A stretch of 64,000 nt of DNA from an uncultured Oscillospiraceae bacterium (GTDB lineage: Bacteria; Bacillota; Clostridia; Christensenellales; CAG-138): positions 15,465 through 79,464 of the forward strand of contig CAYUTA010000004.1 in the NCBI GenBank assembly GCA_964447605.1, read 5' to 3'. The translations under genes and the position numbers were made by a program. Positions 8,572-16,556 of this stretch are shown one piece after another. The first letter of the stretch is position 1; every line of letters begins with the position of its first letter. The notes under the pieces are model-generated. The model saw only the letters and a list, made by a program, of their open reading frames with translations. It was not told the origin of the DNA and made no database searches.

Positions 8572-9903
8572 CTATTTAAGCCCGGCGGAAGACGGCGGCT
8601 GCGCCTGAGACGGAACCGGCGGACGCTTTTTGCAAAAATGTGTTTGAATGAAACCGACGCTCCCCACCGCGCCCTTGACGGCAAAGAAAACAAACATCGC
8701 GTAGGCGGCAAGGTTGCGCAGAATATCGGTCGTATTGCAGAGAATTGGATCCGCAATGCCGAGCAACACATAGGGCAGGGGAATCTGCACCGGGTTAAAA
8801 ACCAGAAGAAACAGCGCGGCATACCAGAGGTCGCGGCGCGTCAATGCGTCGCACGAAAGCAGAAGCGCCGCGGCGGGCAGCAGATACAGCGCGGTATAGT
8901 AGCCGCTGTTGACCGGATAGTTGACAAGCACGAGCATGATAGCGGCGACGGCCTCCCAGCGGCGCTTGCATACGCACGCATGAACGAGACACAGGCACGC
9001 GAGCAGCGTATCCACGGCGGGCATAAGGCGAAACAGCCTGTCGCCAAGCTTCCAGAGATTGGCGTTGATAAACGGATTGAGGAACGTGGTATCGTAGGCA
9101 ATGGAGGCAAACAGGCGGAACCCAAAGCGCGGATAGATAAAACGCGTATAGTAGGCCGTATGCGCCCCGAAGTTCTCAAACAGAAGCGGCAGGCTTGCAA
9201 AGCCGCCCCGCATGCACAGAAAGGGAAGGAAAACCGCGCAGAGCCCATACGCGGCCAGACGAAGCGCGTCTTTCCAGCGCCTCCGGCGCAACAGCAAAAG
9301 CCCGAGCAGCGCGGGATAGATCTTCAGCGCGGCGGCCACGGCCAGCGCGACAAAGGCCAGTTCGCGGACAAATGGGCGCGGGCTTTGGCAGCCCAGCAGA
9401 AACCAGATGCAAAGCACCGCGGCGAGCAGGATGATGTTCCCCCGCTCAAAGGCAAAGATTGCGGGCGCTGAAAGCGTCAGCGCGGCGGCAAGCAGCGCGG
9501 ACCTCCCCCCTGACGCGCCGAGCAGGCGGGAAAGCCCGTGCCACAGCAGGACGAGGCAGCCGATCTCCAGCATGATCGCCACGCAAAGCGCCCGGGGCGT
9601 GGTTGCGTCGCGCCCGCTTACCGCGTCGACAAGCCAAAACAGCACATATGCCAACGGCGGATAGTTCGCATCCTTAAACGGCACATGGGACTCGCCCTGC
9701 CCAAAGCCGTAAGGGTCGAGCGTGCGGGCGTATTCCTCCGTGTTCAGCATGTCGGCCATAAAATCCCGGCCCCCGAGATACAGGATATCCGTCTGACCGC
9801 CGCGATTGCCGCAGCAAAGCAGCAGCAAAAACAGCGCGAACAGCGCCGCCAGCGCGAGCAGGAACGCCGTTTGCAGCCGGGCTTTGGAAAGCGGCCGGTT
9901 CAT
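8572..9903 (-). CDS. polytopic membrane protein, GT-C-type glycosyltransferase-like (GT87/DUF2029-like)
   Basis: More than 10 predicted TM helices and an N-terminal loop with the DANYPPLAY motif reminiscent of DUF2029/GT87 enzymes. The start overlaps the upstream stop (ATGA). Family call is tentative. Confidence 0.45.
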   Translation of the reverse strand: MNRPLSKARLQTAFLLALAALFALFLLLLCCGNRGGQTDILYLGGRDFMADMLNTEEYARTLDPYGFGQGESHVPFKDANYPPLAYVLFWLVDAVSGRDATTPRALCVAIMLEIGCLVLLWHGLSRLLGASGGRSALLAAALTLSAPAIFAFERGNIILLAAVLCIWFLLGCQSPRPFVRELAFVALAVAAALKIYPALLGLLLLRRRRWKDALRLAAYGLCAVFLPFLCMRGGFASLPLLFENFGAHTAYYTRFIYPRFGFRLFASIAYDTTFLNPFINANLWKLGDRLFRLMPAVDTLLACLCLVHACVCKRRWEAVAAIMLVLVNYPVNSGYYTALYLLPAAALLLSCDALTRRDLWYAALFLLVFNPVQIPLPYVLLGIADPILCNTTDILRNLAAYAMFVFFAVKGAVGSVGFIQTHFCKKRPPVPSQAQPPSSAGLK

Positions 9904-10421
9904 TTGAGCCTGAGCTTTTGAGCGGGCATATATCTTGCAAACAGCTTGCGCAGCGTTTCCACGCCGGACGCTCCGGCAATCTGCGTCTTGGGCAGCACGT
10001 TTGCGTTGGAATCGGTGATGAACACGTAAAACGCGACCCTTGTCTCGACAACGGAAAGGATGCGTTCCCAGGGCACGTCGGAGTTGCCGCGGTCGCTCAT
10101 AGCATGGAAGCCGTCCTTGTCCACCAGCGCGTCGAAGGAAAACTCGGCGATCTTGCTGGACTTATACATGCCGTTGATGCGCAGCAGCATGGACGCGATG
10201 TTGATGACCGCCAGCAGCAGCACGCCGAGCGCGGCCAGAAGCAGCGCCTGCAGAGCCGCGCTGGAAAGCGGGATGCCCTGCATATATTTCAAAAAGCCGA
10301 CCAGCAGCGCGATGACGACGAATACGGTGGCCGACGCGCTGACGAGCTTGCGCTTCATCAGAAGCAGGTTGAAATCGATATTGTCCCGTTTGGTGATGGT
10401 AAAGTGTCCCTTGAACTGCAT
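9900..10421 (-). CDS. YcxB-like protein
   Basis: Two central TM helices are followed by a C-terminal domain (VPWERILSVVETRVAFYVFITDSNANVLPK) typical of YcxB-like proteins. AGGAGG lies upstream of the ATG. Confidence 0.6.
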   Translation of the reverse strand: MQFKGHFTITKRDNIDFNLLLMKRKLVSASATVFVVIALLVGFLKYMQGIPLSSAALQALLLAALGVLLLAVINIASMLLRINGMYKSSKIAEFSFDALVDKDGFHAMSDRGNSDVPWERILSVVETRVAFYVFITDSNANVLPKTQIAGASGVETLRKLFARYMPAQKLRLK

Positions 10422-10489
10422 AAAGGCCTCCTAAACAAGTGTTGCATGTTGCGCGGCAACCGCGCCGCTTTTACGGCAAAAGTAACGGA

Positions 10490-11869
10490 TCAATCAAAGA
10501 TCTTATCGAATCGGGACTCCGTTTGCTCGGACGGCCCAGGCTTTCCAGAACGCGGGCATGCGGGCCGCTTGCCCGCGCACATATCTTCCGCCGGCTCCGG
10601 CTGGACGGGCTTACGCCGCGCCTCGGCACGCTCTGCCATGCCGGAAGCTGCGGAACCGGCCTGATCCGGTGACGGCGCATCGTCCCCGCCGGGTTCGATG
10701 GTAATGATTTCAAAAATCCTTTGGTGCGGGCCGCGCGCCTGGCGGTTGAAAAACGACCGTATGGCGCGTATGGGCGCAGGCGGCACGGGCGTGCCTGGCT
10801 CCGGCGCGTCTGTGCCGCCTGTTTCCGCGCCCGGCGCGTCTGTTTCCAGCCCGGGCGCATCCGCAGCGGGTTCCCCGGCAACGGGCGCGACAGGAGCGCC
10901 GCCATGTGTGGGGGCAGACGCGTCCGCACGCTCCAACAGCAACGCCTCCCCGTCTTCGGAAAGCGGGGCGTCGCCGGCAGGGCTCGCGGGCGGTTGCGGC
11001 CGTTGCCGGAACGCAATGGGGGACCGCGACCTGTGTCTGCGCAGGAGAAGCACCTGAATCACCAGCGCGCAGATCAGGCTCACCAGCGCAACCATGGACA
11101 GCACGAGCAGCACGGCGTTGCGCAGCAGGTATACCGAGCCGAGCGAACGCGACGCAAGCAGCGTAAGCTCGCCCTGCCCGCCGGATACGGTCTGTGTACG
11201 CTGGACGAAATATCGTTCGCCGTCACTGTACCCACCGGAAAACGCGGGAGCGGTAACAAGTTCAAGCTCGTCGTTGATAAAGGAAAATTCGCGTAGCACC
11301 AGTTCCGGCTCCGTGGAAGCGTAAGCGGTCAAGATGGCCGCGTCGAGCGATTGCACAAGCACGAATCCCTCGGTATCGGTGCGCGGCACGCAGCCCCAGA
11401 GCAGCGCCTGATCCGCATCGTCGACGCGCGTGCGCTCCACGGACTCGCCGTCGAGCACCTCGCTCGTCCAGGCGGTACCGTGCTCCTCGGCCAGATTGCG
11501 GCCGATGCGGCCCGCCACGGAGGAAGCGACGACCAGCCCGGTATAGTCCGTTACGTCGACTGCGGAAACCGCGAGCAGTTCGCACATGGTTACCAGCGCG
11601 TCAGTCTGCAAAAGCGCGTCGTCATGCGCCAGAAACCGTGCGACGGCGCGCGCCTTTGCCAGCACATTGTTTTCAGAAACCGTGGCGACGGCCTCCGCAT
11701 CCGCGCCAACGGCGTCAAACTGCGCAAACGCCGCGTCAAGCAGCGCGTTCAGGTCGGCATAGACGGCTTGCTGAGCGCTCCGTGTCAAAAGCGGAGCGGC
11801 CACGAGCATGGCCGATGCAAACACTGCGATGACAACAAACACAAGCCAATTGGTCAAAAAACGTCTCAT
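10490..11869 (-). CDS. hypothetical two-TM membrane protein with extracytoplasmic sensor-like domain and Pro/Ala-rich cytoplasmic tail
   Basis: GGAGG SD precedes ATG 11869. A TM helix is followed by ~230 aa, a second TM helix, and a ~190-aa low-complexity P/A/G/D-rich tail. No output domain recognised. Confidence 0.6.
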   Translation of the reverse strand: MRRFLTNWLVFVVIAVFASAMLVAAPLLTRSAQQAVYADLNALLDAAFAQFDAVGADAEAVATVSENNVLAKARAVARFLAHDDALLQTDALVTMCELLAVSAVDVTDYTGLVVASSVAGRIGRNLAEEHGTAWTSEVLDGESVERTRVDDADQALLWGCVPRTDTEGFVLVQSLDAAILTAYASTEPELVLREFSFINDELELVTAPAFSGGYSDGERYFVQRTQTVSGGQGELTLLASRSLGSVYLLRNAVLLVLSMVALVSLICALVIQVLLLRRHRSRSPIAFRQRPQPPASPAGDAPLSEDGEALLLERADASAPTHGGAPVAPVAGEPAADAPGLETDAPGAETGGTDAPEPGTPVPPAPIRAIRSFFNRQARGPHQRIFEIITIEPGGDDAPSPDQAGSAASGMAERAEARRKPVQPEPAEDMCAGKRPACPRSGKPGPSEQTESRFDKIFD

Positions 11870-11912
11870 GCACCGCCTCCGATCCCCATCATAGCGATCT
11901 ATTCATTGATAG

Positions 11913-12043
11913 TATACCATAATCCTGCGGAGATTGTGGTATCCTATGCCATCGTGTTCGGTTGCCGCCCGCAGACGGCGGGAAAACGGGCGGCTTACAA
12001 ACCGCCGGAGGCGTATCATAGCCGCGTTGCGGGTATGATACCA
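11913..12043 (-). promoter_or_regulatory. conserved ~130-nt leader/promoter module, copy B (upstream of 10490..11869)
   Basis: Shares a ~95-nt near-identical core plus structure-preserving flanks with 12879-13008. Contains TGGTATCAT (-10-like), alternative GC helices and an anti-SD box CGCCUCCG. Confidence 0.5.
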
Positions 12044-12069
12044 TACTTGTGGCATGGAGAAAAGGGGGG

Positions 12070-12092
12070 ATAAAACCGTGCCAAAGCACAGG
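12070..12092 (-). terminator. putative intrinsic terminator of the Zn-metallopeptidase gene
   Basis: The minus strand reads CCUGUGC-UUU-GGCACGG (6 bp with one bulge) followed by UUUUAU. Confidence 0.4.
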
Positions 12093-12138
12093 CCCGGCGC
12101 GGAACGGGGCTCGTACAAAACGGGAGGCGGTTGCCGGA

Positions 12139-12831
12139 TTAATTCCTGCGCGAACGCTGAGCGATGGAAAGCAGGCGCAAAAAGCTGATCAGCGAAGCAA
12201 CGGCCGCCAGCACATAGGTCATGGCCGCCGCCTTGAGCACGGCGCGCGCCCCGTCGGACTCCTCATAGGAAATGTAGTTTCCTTCCTCGAGCATGCGCAG
12301 CCCGCGCGCGGAAGCGTTGAATTCCACCGGCAGCGTGACCACCTGAAACAGCAGCATCGCGCCGAAAAGAATCACGCCGATCATGGCGAGGTTATAGCTG
12401 CCCATCAAAAGCCCCAGGATGACGATCCATGGCGCGGCCTGTGATCCGAGCGAGGCAACCGGCAAAATTGCGTTGCGCAGGCGGATGGGAGAATAGCCGC
12501 TTTCATACTGCATGACATGGCCGATTTCGTGCGCGGCCACGGCCAGCGCGGCGATGGAATTGCTGCCATAAACCTGCGCGCTCAACCCAACGACGTTGGT
12601 TTTGGGGTTGAAGTGATCGGTCAGCGCCCCCTGAACGGGCGTGATCTGCACCGCGCTGTTGTTTTTATAAAGCAGCTCCTGCGCCACCTGATCGGCGGTT
12701 TTTCCGCACGAAGCGCTCCGCTGCGCGTACTGGTTGAACGTGCGCTGTACCTTGCCCTGCGCCGCCATGCCAAGGCCCATAACGATAAGCAGCAGCAAAA
12801 TATAAATGCCGTCTCCGGAGCCGTAATACAT
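12139..12831 (-). CDS. zinc metallopeptidase (putative neutral zinc metallopeptidase, PF04298-like)
   Basis: MYYGSGDGIYILLLLIV..., an HEIGH zinc motif (AAHEIGHVMQ) and C-terminal TM helices. True start is ATG 12831 after GGAAGGAAGGA. The ORF-track extension to 13071 reads through the leader element. Confidence 0.85.
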   Translation of the reverse strand: MYYGSGDGIYILLLLIVMGLGMAAQGKVQRTFNQYAQRSASCGKTADQVAQELLYKNNSAVQITPVQGALTDHFNPKTNVVGLSAQVYGSNSIAALAVAAHEIGHVMQYESGYSPIRLRNAILPVASLGSQAAPWIVILGLLMGSYNLAMIGVILFGAMLLFQVVTLPVEFNASARGLRMLEEGNYISYEESDGARAVLKAAAMTYVLAAVASLISFLRLLSIAQRSRRN

Positions 12832-12878
12832 GCTGATTCCTTCCTTCCGGAACAGAGTGAAGTGTTCCTTTCCTTTTG

Positions 12879-13008
12879 ATACCATACCCCGGCAGGGGAG
12901 ATGGTATCCTATGCCATCGTGTTCGATTGCCGCCCGCAGACGGCGGAAAAACGGGCGGCTTGCAAACCGCCGGAGGCGTATAATAACCGTATTATAGATA
13001 TGATACCA
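12879..13008 (-). promoter_or_regulatory. conserved ~130-nt leader/promoter module, copy A (upstream of 12139..12831)
   Basis: Paralogue of 11913-12043, with the same core and compensatory changes in the flanking hairpin (CCCC/GGGG versus AATC/GATT). Confidence 0.5.
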
Positions 13009-13089
13009 CATCGGGGCGGATTTACGCAACGTGTATGATCGCCCGGAGCGCCGAACCGGGCGGTCGTTCACAGAATCGTAATAATTTAC

Positions 13090-13118
13090 TTGACGAACAT
13101 GCGCGGGATTGCTATACT
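13090..13118 (+). promoter_or_regulatory. sigma-70-type promoter (TTGACG-17-TATACT)
   Basis: -35 TTGACG at 13090-13095, a 17-nt spacer, and -10 TATACT at 13113-13118. It lies directly upstream of the riboswitch. Confidence 0.6.
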
Positions 13119-13129
13119 TGCCCTTATAA

Positions 13130-13216
13130 AATCATATCGTTGGGCAAAACCGTCGAAAGGCGGCTGACGCAAAGCTAAAGGGGCTTCATCCGGGCCGGAA
13201 ACGGGCGAGGATATGC
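13130..13216 (+). promoter_or_regulatory. c-di-GMP-I (GEMM-I) riboswitch aptamer
   Basis: GGGCAAAACC-GUC-GAAA-GGC-GGCUGACGCAAAGCUAAAG matches the GEMM-I signature (GCAAA..CC, GNRA-capped P1 hairpin, GACGCAAAGC). A receptor-like CUAAAG/AUAUGC pair is present. The outer helix is CAUAUC (13133-13138) with GAUAUG (13209-13214). A ~150-nt expression platform precedes ATG 13369. Confidence 0.7.
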
Positions 13217-13368
13217 CAGCCAGTTGCACATTGACTATGCAGGTGACTTGCTTAGCTTATGCAACCCCTGTATATTTTTTGTCTCCTGACCCAAGTCGTC
13301 CGGCTATATCCCTCTCAAAGGGATGGCCGGTTGTGAATCCGGTTTTTAAACTTTGAAGGAGGCTCCAT

Positions 13369-13779
13369 ATGGGCGGGTTCCGTTTGAAGGGGCGGCGGGT
13401 GTGTGTGATCATGCTGGTCGCTGCCGCTTTTGTTTTTCTGTGCGCGCCAAGGCTGGCGTCGCGTGCGGATTTTGCGCCCGGCTTATCCGACAACACGCCG
13501 GGGACGGACGCCGTGCCTGTGGAGACAAACGGCGCTTCCGGAGCATACCGGAAAGCCGCGGCGCCCTGCGAATCCGAAGGCGATAGTGCCGGCGCATATG
13601 TGCGCGAGGCGCTGGAGGACACGGCGGAGGCCGATCCGGACGCGGACAGCGGCATGCCGGAAACACCCGCGGAGGATGGCGCGCCGGCCGATAGCGGCGC
13701 GTGGTCGCCATCGCCGCGTACCGCGACAAACCGCATCTGCGGAAGCGTGACCAGTTCCGGCCGGTTCTTCGGAAGATAG
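13369..13779 (+). CDS. signal-peptide-bearing acidic low-complexity protein, probably 3'-truncated
   Basis: Strong GAAGGAGG SD lies 6 nt before the ATG. Signal peptide is MGGFRLKGRRVCVIMLVAAAFVFLCAPRLASRA. The last ~25 codons are antisense to a GyrI-like gene fragment, so the native C-terminus appears lost. Confidence 0.45.
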   Translation: MGGFRLKGRRVCVIMLVAAAFVFLCAPRLASRADFAPGLSDNTPGTDAVPVETNGASGAYRKAAAPCESEGDSAGAYVREALEDTAEADPDADSGMPETPAEDGAPADSGAWSPSPRTATNRICGSVTSSGRFFGR

Positions 13780-13814
13780 AACGCCCTATATTCCTTTTTG
13801 TAATCAAACGCCAT
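13704..13814 (-). pseudogene. 5' fragment of a GyrI-like domain protein gene
   Basis: ATG 13814 with a GAGGGGGAGAG SD encodes MAFDYKKEYRAFYLPKNRPELVTLPQMRFVAVRGDGD, the characteristic N-terminus of the Firmicutes GyrI-like family. Similarity stops after ~37 aa, where the frame becomes antisense of the acidic-protein ORF. Confidence 0.5.
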
Positions 13815-14078
13815 GCTCTCCCCCTCGTTTTTATTGTCAATGGCCGTCCATGCGTTTATGCGCGGTTTCGACGCGCCGCGGCGGTTGACAGGCCGCCCGT
13901 TTTCCCGCCGCTGAAGCGGCCGTTGGCACAGGATACCACATCCTGTTTCCGGATGTGACGGGATTCCGCGCGGCGGCCATGATATGCCTCCGGCGGCCGA
14001 TAAGCGCCCGATTGCCTGCCGCCTGCCGGCGGCAACCGAAATTGAACGGCGTATTATATTATCGCCCATAACGGGATG

Positions 14079-14087
14079 TGGTATAAT
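14079..14087 (+). promoter_or_regulatory. extended -10 promoter element TGGTATAAT (probable leaderless transcript)
   Basis: TGgTATAAT ends 7 nt before ATG 14095. No SD is present. Confidence 0.45.
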
Positions 14088-14094
14088 ACAAACC

Positions 14095-14607
14095 ATGATA
14101 CACGTATATACCGGCGATGGAAAGGGCAAGACCACGGCGGCCGTCGGGCTTGCCGTACGGCATGCGGGGGCGGGCAAAACCGTGCTGTTCGTACAGTTTA
14201 TGAAATGTATGCCAACGGGCGAGCTGGCCGCGCTTGGGCAGCTAAGCGGCATTACGGTGTTGCGCAACGCCTGCCGCCACGGGTTCTCCTTTGCCATGAC
14301 GGAGGAGGAACGGGCGATGGTGACCGCGTCGCATAACGCGAATCTGCGACGCGCCGCCGAAGCCGCGCGCACGGGCGCATGCTCGCTGATCGTGCTTGAC
14401 GAGGTTACGTCGGCCTATGCGCTCGACCTCATCGACCGCGCGGCGGTGGACGCGCTGATCGACGGCGCCGCGGAAACGGAGCTGGTGCTCACGGGGCGCG
14501 ACCCGGCAAAGCATATGCTTGACGCGGCGGACTATGTTACCCAAATGACGCTTGTCAAGCACCCCTACACACGCGGCGTCCACGCGCGCAAAGGAATCGA
14601 ATATTAA
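14095..14607 (+). CDS. cobO: cob(I)yrinic acid a,c-diamide adenosyltransferase (CobO/BtuR type)
   Basis: MIHVYTGDGKGKTTAAVGLAVRHAGAGKTVLFVQF (P-loop), LIVLDE, and TLVKHPYTRGVHARKGIEY at the C-terminus are typical of CobO/BtuR. Confidence 0.9.
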   Translation: MIHVYTGDGKGKTTAAVGLAVRHAGAGKTVLFVQFMKCMPTGELAALGQLSGITVLRNACRHGFSFAMTEEERAMVTASHNANLRRAAEAARTGACSLIVLDEVTSAYALDLIDRAAVDALIDGAAETELVLTGRDPAKHMLDAADYVTQMTLVKHPYTRGVHARKGIEY

Positions 14608-14879
14608 GGGGCGCGTCTTGCGCGCAGCAGTCTGCTGAAAAACGTGGCGCATCCGGCCTGGCCTGCCGATTCCGCAACGAAACGATGCGGGCACAACCGG
14701 GCAATCCGTCGAATTCAGCGTCATGCGCGGTGATTGTGTCGCCCTGCCTGCAGCAAAGCCGGAAAATACCGCAGGCATTCGAGGCAGAAGCCGCATGGCG
14801 GGTCCGCGTTTACCGCGCGTGTTCCGCACAGGGTTCCCATATACGCGCAAAAACGGCAACCGTGGTCCCCGGACCGGCG

Positions 14880-15476
14880 CTATTGGCTCGGACCGACCGC
14901 CGTCTGCAGCGCGGCTTCGACCTGTGCAGGCGCAAGCCGCGTCACCGGAATCACGGGGGCGGGCGGAGCCGTGCGCTTGCCAAGCGCCTTTTTGTACCAG
15001 ATCGTACTGTGCCAGCCGCCATGTTTAAAGCCCGCATCGGTAAACTCGGCGCATCTGGCAAACCCGAGGGAGGCGTGCAGCCGTTCGCTCGGCTCGTTTG
15101 GCGCGGCAATGATCGCATATACGAAAAGCACGCCCTGCAGCCGCAGCAGCTCCGTTACCGCACGGCACAGCCGCTTTCCGACGCCATGCCCGCGACAATC
15201 AGTCCGGACATATACCGAGAGCTCGGCGTTCCAGCCGTAGGCCGCGCGGTCAAACAGCCTGTGCGCATACGCATAGCCTGCAATTCCGCCGTCAAGCTCG
15301 CAGACAAGGTACGGATATTGGGTATATATTCCCGCGATACGCGCGGCAAACGCCTCCGCCGTGGGCGGTTCATATTCAAACGTCACCGTTGTGTTGAGAA
15401 CATACGGCGCATAGATGCGGCTCAGCGCATCCGCGTCCGAAAGCGCGGCCATGCGCAGCGTGACATACGGTTCCAT
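14880..15476 (-). CDS. GNAT family N-acetyltransferase (phosphinothricin/methionine-sulfoximine acetyltransferase-like)
   Basis: LSRIYAPYVLNTTVTFEYEPPTAEAF, RGHGVGKRL (acetyl-CoA binding) and GFKHGGWHSTIWYKK are characteristic of PAT-like GNATs. Confidence 0.8.
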   Translation of the reverse strand: MEPYVTLRMAALSDADALSRIYAPYVLNTTVTFEYEPPTAEAFAARIAGIYTQYPYLVCELDGGIAGYAYAHRLFDRAAYGWNAELSVYVRTDCRGHGVGKRLCRAVTELLRLQGVLFVYAIIAAPNEPSERLHASLGFARCAEFTDAGFKHGGWHSTIWYKKALGKRTAPPAPVIPVTRLAPAQVEAALQTAVGPSQ

Positions 15477-15537
15477 ACGGCGCGCGTCCTCCGATTCCCG
15501 TCAATTTGCCGGTGGCGTAAGCCTTCCGCCGGCATGA

Positions 15538-15909
15538 TTATTCATTATACCATTGATCCACCAGCTCAAGCAGTTCTTTTTTACTCAATCCCAGTTCCCG
15601 GTAATAGGCCAGCTCCTTTTTAAGCCGGCCGGCAACCAGTTGCGCGCGCTTATCGCCCAGGCACGAACCGGGCAGAGGGGAAACAAAGCAGCCCTTGCCC
15701 GTGATCGTATCGATAAAGCCCGCGTGCTCGAGCGCTTCCCAGGCTTTTTTTACGGTGATGACGCTGATACGCAGCTCCTTGGCAACCATGCGGATCGGCG
15801 GCAGGCAATCGCCGCTTTTCAGATCTCCACGCACGATCTGCGCACAGATCTGCTCATAAATCTGTCTGTAGAGCGGCTGATCCGAGACGGCCGAAAGAAC
15901 GATGTCCAT
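15538..15909 (-). CDS. GntR family transcriptional regulator (YtrA subfamily)
   Basis: 123 aa with a winged HTH (PLYRQIYEQICAQIVRGDLKSGDCLPPIRMVAKELRISVITVKKAWEAL) and a short C-terminal helical tail. Confidence 0.9.
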   Translation of the reverse strand: MDIVLSAVSDQPLYRQIYEQICAQIVRGDLKSGDCLPPIRMVAKELRISVITVKKAWEALEHAGFIDTITGKGCFVSPLPGSCLGDKRAQLVAGRLKKELAYYRELGLSKKELLELVDQWYNE

Positions 15910-16550
15910 TACAGATCGACCTTCTCAAAGCGCGCGGCGCCGACGCGGCAAGCCGCAAGCGTACCCGCCGCGTACAGGGCCATGCCGCCGAGCAGAATCG
16001 GAAGCTGCCGCGCCTGCGCGGCGGGCTCGGCCGTATCAAGCGACGGAACAAGAAACGCGAGCGTCTCCGTAGCGCCGATGAACAGCAGCACCGCCAGGCC
16101 GCCGAGAATCAGGCCCTTCCCCGCGCTGTGCGCATCCTTGTAGAACGTGGGGAAAAACAGCAGGTTAAATAACGCATACATGACAAACGCAAACCCGAAC
16201 AACGCCACATTGGCTTCCATGCCGGCGCCGTTAGGACCCACCGTCGCGTTCATGCGCGCGCGGATTATGGCAAACGGAATCGCCGCCACGATCTGAAACA
16301 GTTCGATTATCACAATCATGCCGCAGCGGGCCCTGACCACGTCCCGCTTGCGAACGGGCAGCGAGACGGTATAAAACACGTCCGAATTTTCGCGCCCGGC
16401 GACAAAGATGAGGAACGCTTCGAGACATGTGTACATAAAGGCGATCAGGTATGGGTATGACGGAATGAGCAGCATGCAGGCAAACAACGGAAAAAAGAAC
16501 ATCGTGGGGTGCCTGGCAAGGGTAAATTCCTTGTATAACAGGTCTTTCAT
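15909..16550 (-). CDS. ABC-2 type transporter membrane protein
   Basis: About 6 TM helices, sandwiched between the ABC ATPase and the YtrA-type regulator. Confidence 0.65.
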   Translation of the reverse strand: MKDLLYKEFTLARHPTMFFFPLFACMLLIPSYPYLIAFMYTCLEAFLIFVAGRENSDVFYTVSLPVRKRDVVRARCGMIVIIELFQIVAAIPFAIIRARMNATVGPNGAGMEANVALFGFAFVMYALFNLLFFPTFYKDAHSAGKGLILGGLAVLLFIGATETLAFLVPSLDTAEPAAQARQLPILLGGMALYAAGTLAACRVGAARFEKVDL

Positions 16551-16556
16551 GGCGCG

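Noticed and set aside
11889-12118. Small ORFs (66 and 71 aa) whose peptides resemble the N-terminal extension of the peptidase ORF (12832-13071)
   Set aside because: The similarity (..IRLRRF.SRPF.RRLRAA.EHDGIGYH..) comes from translating the duplicated leader element. There is no SD or start context, and the real peptidase start is ATG 12831.
11913-13008. Attempt to assign the duplicated leader to a known riboswitch class (fluoride/crcB, ZTP/pfl, c-di-GMP-I/II, guanidine, purine, T-box)
   Set aside because: None of the signature sequences I remember for these classes is present (for example GACGCAAAGC, GGGUCGUGAC...CCGCCUGGGC, the crcB GAUGG..CUAAUGA, or the T-box UGGNACCGCG). It is left as an unclassified element pending an Rfam scan.
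13257-14372. 371-aa minus-strand ORF
   Set aside because: It is a composite. The upstream part is antisense to cobO, and only codons from ATG 13814 for about 37 aa resemble a real (GyrI-like) protein. The remainder is antisense of the acidic secreted-protein ORF. Only the remnant is annotated.
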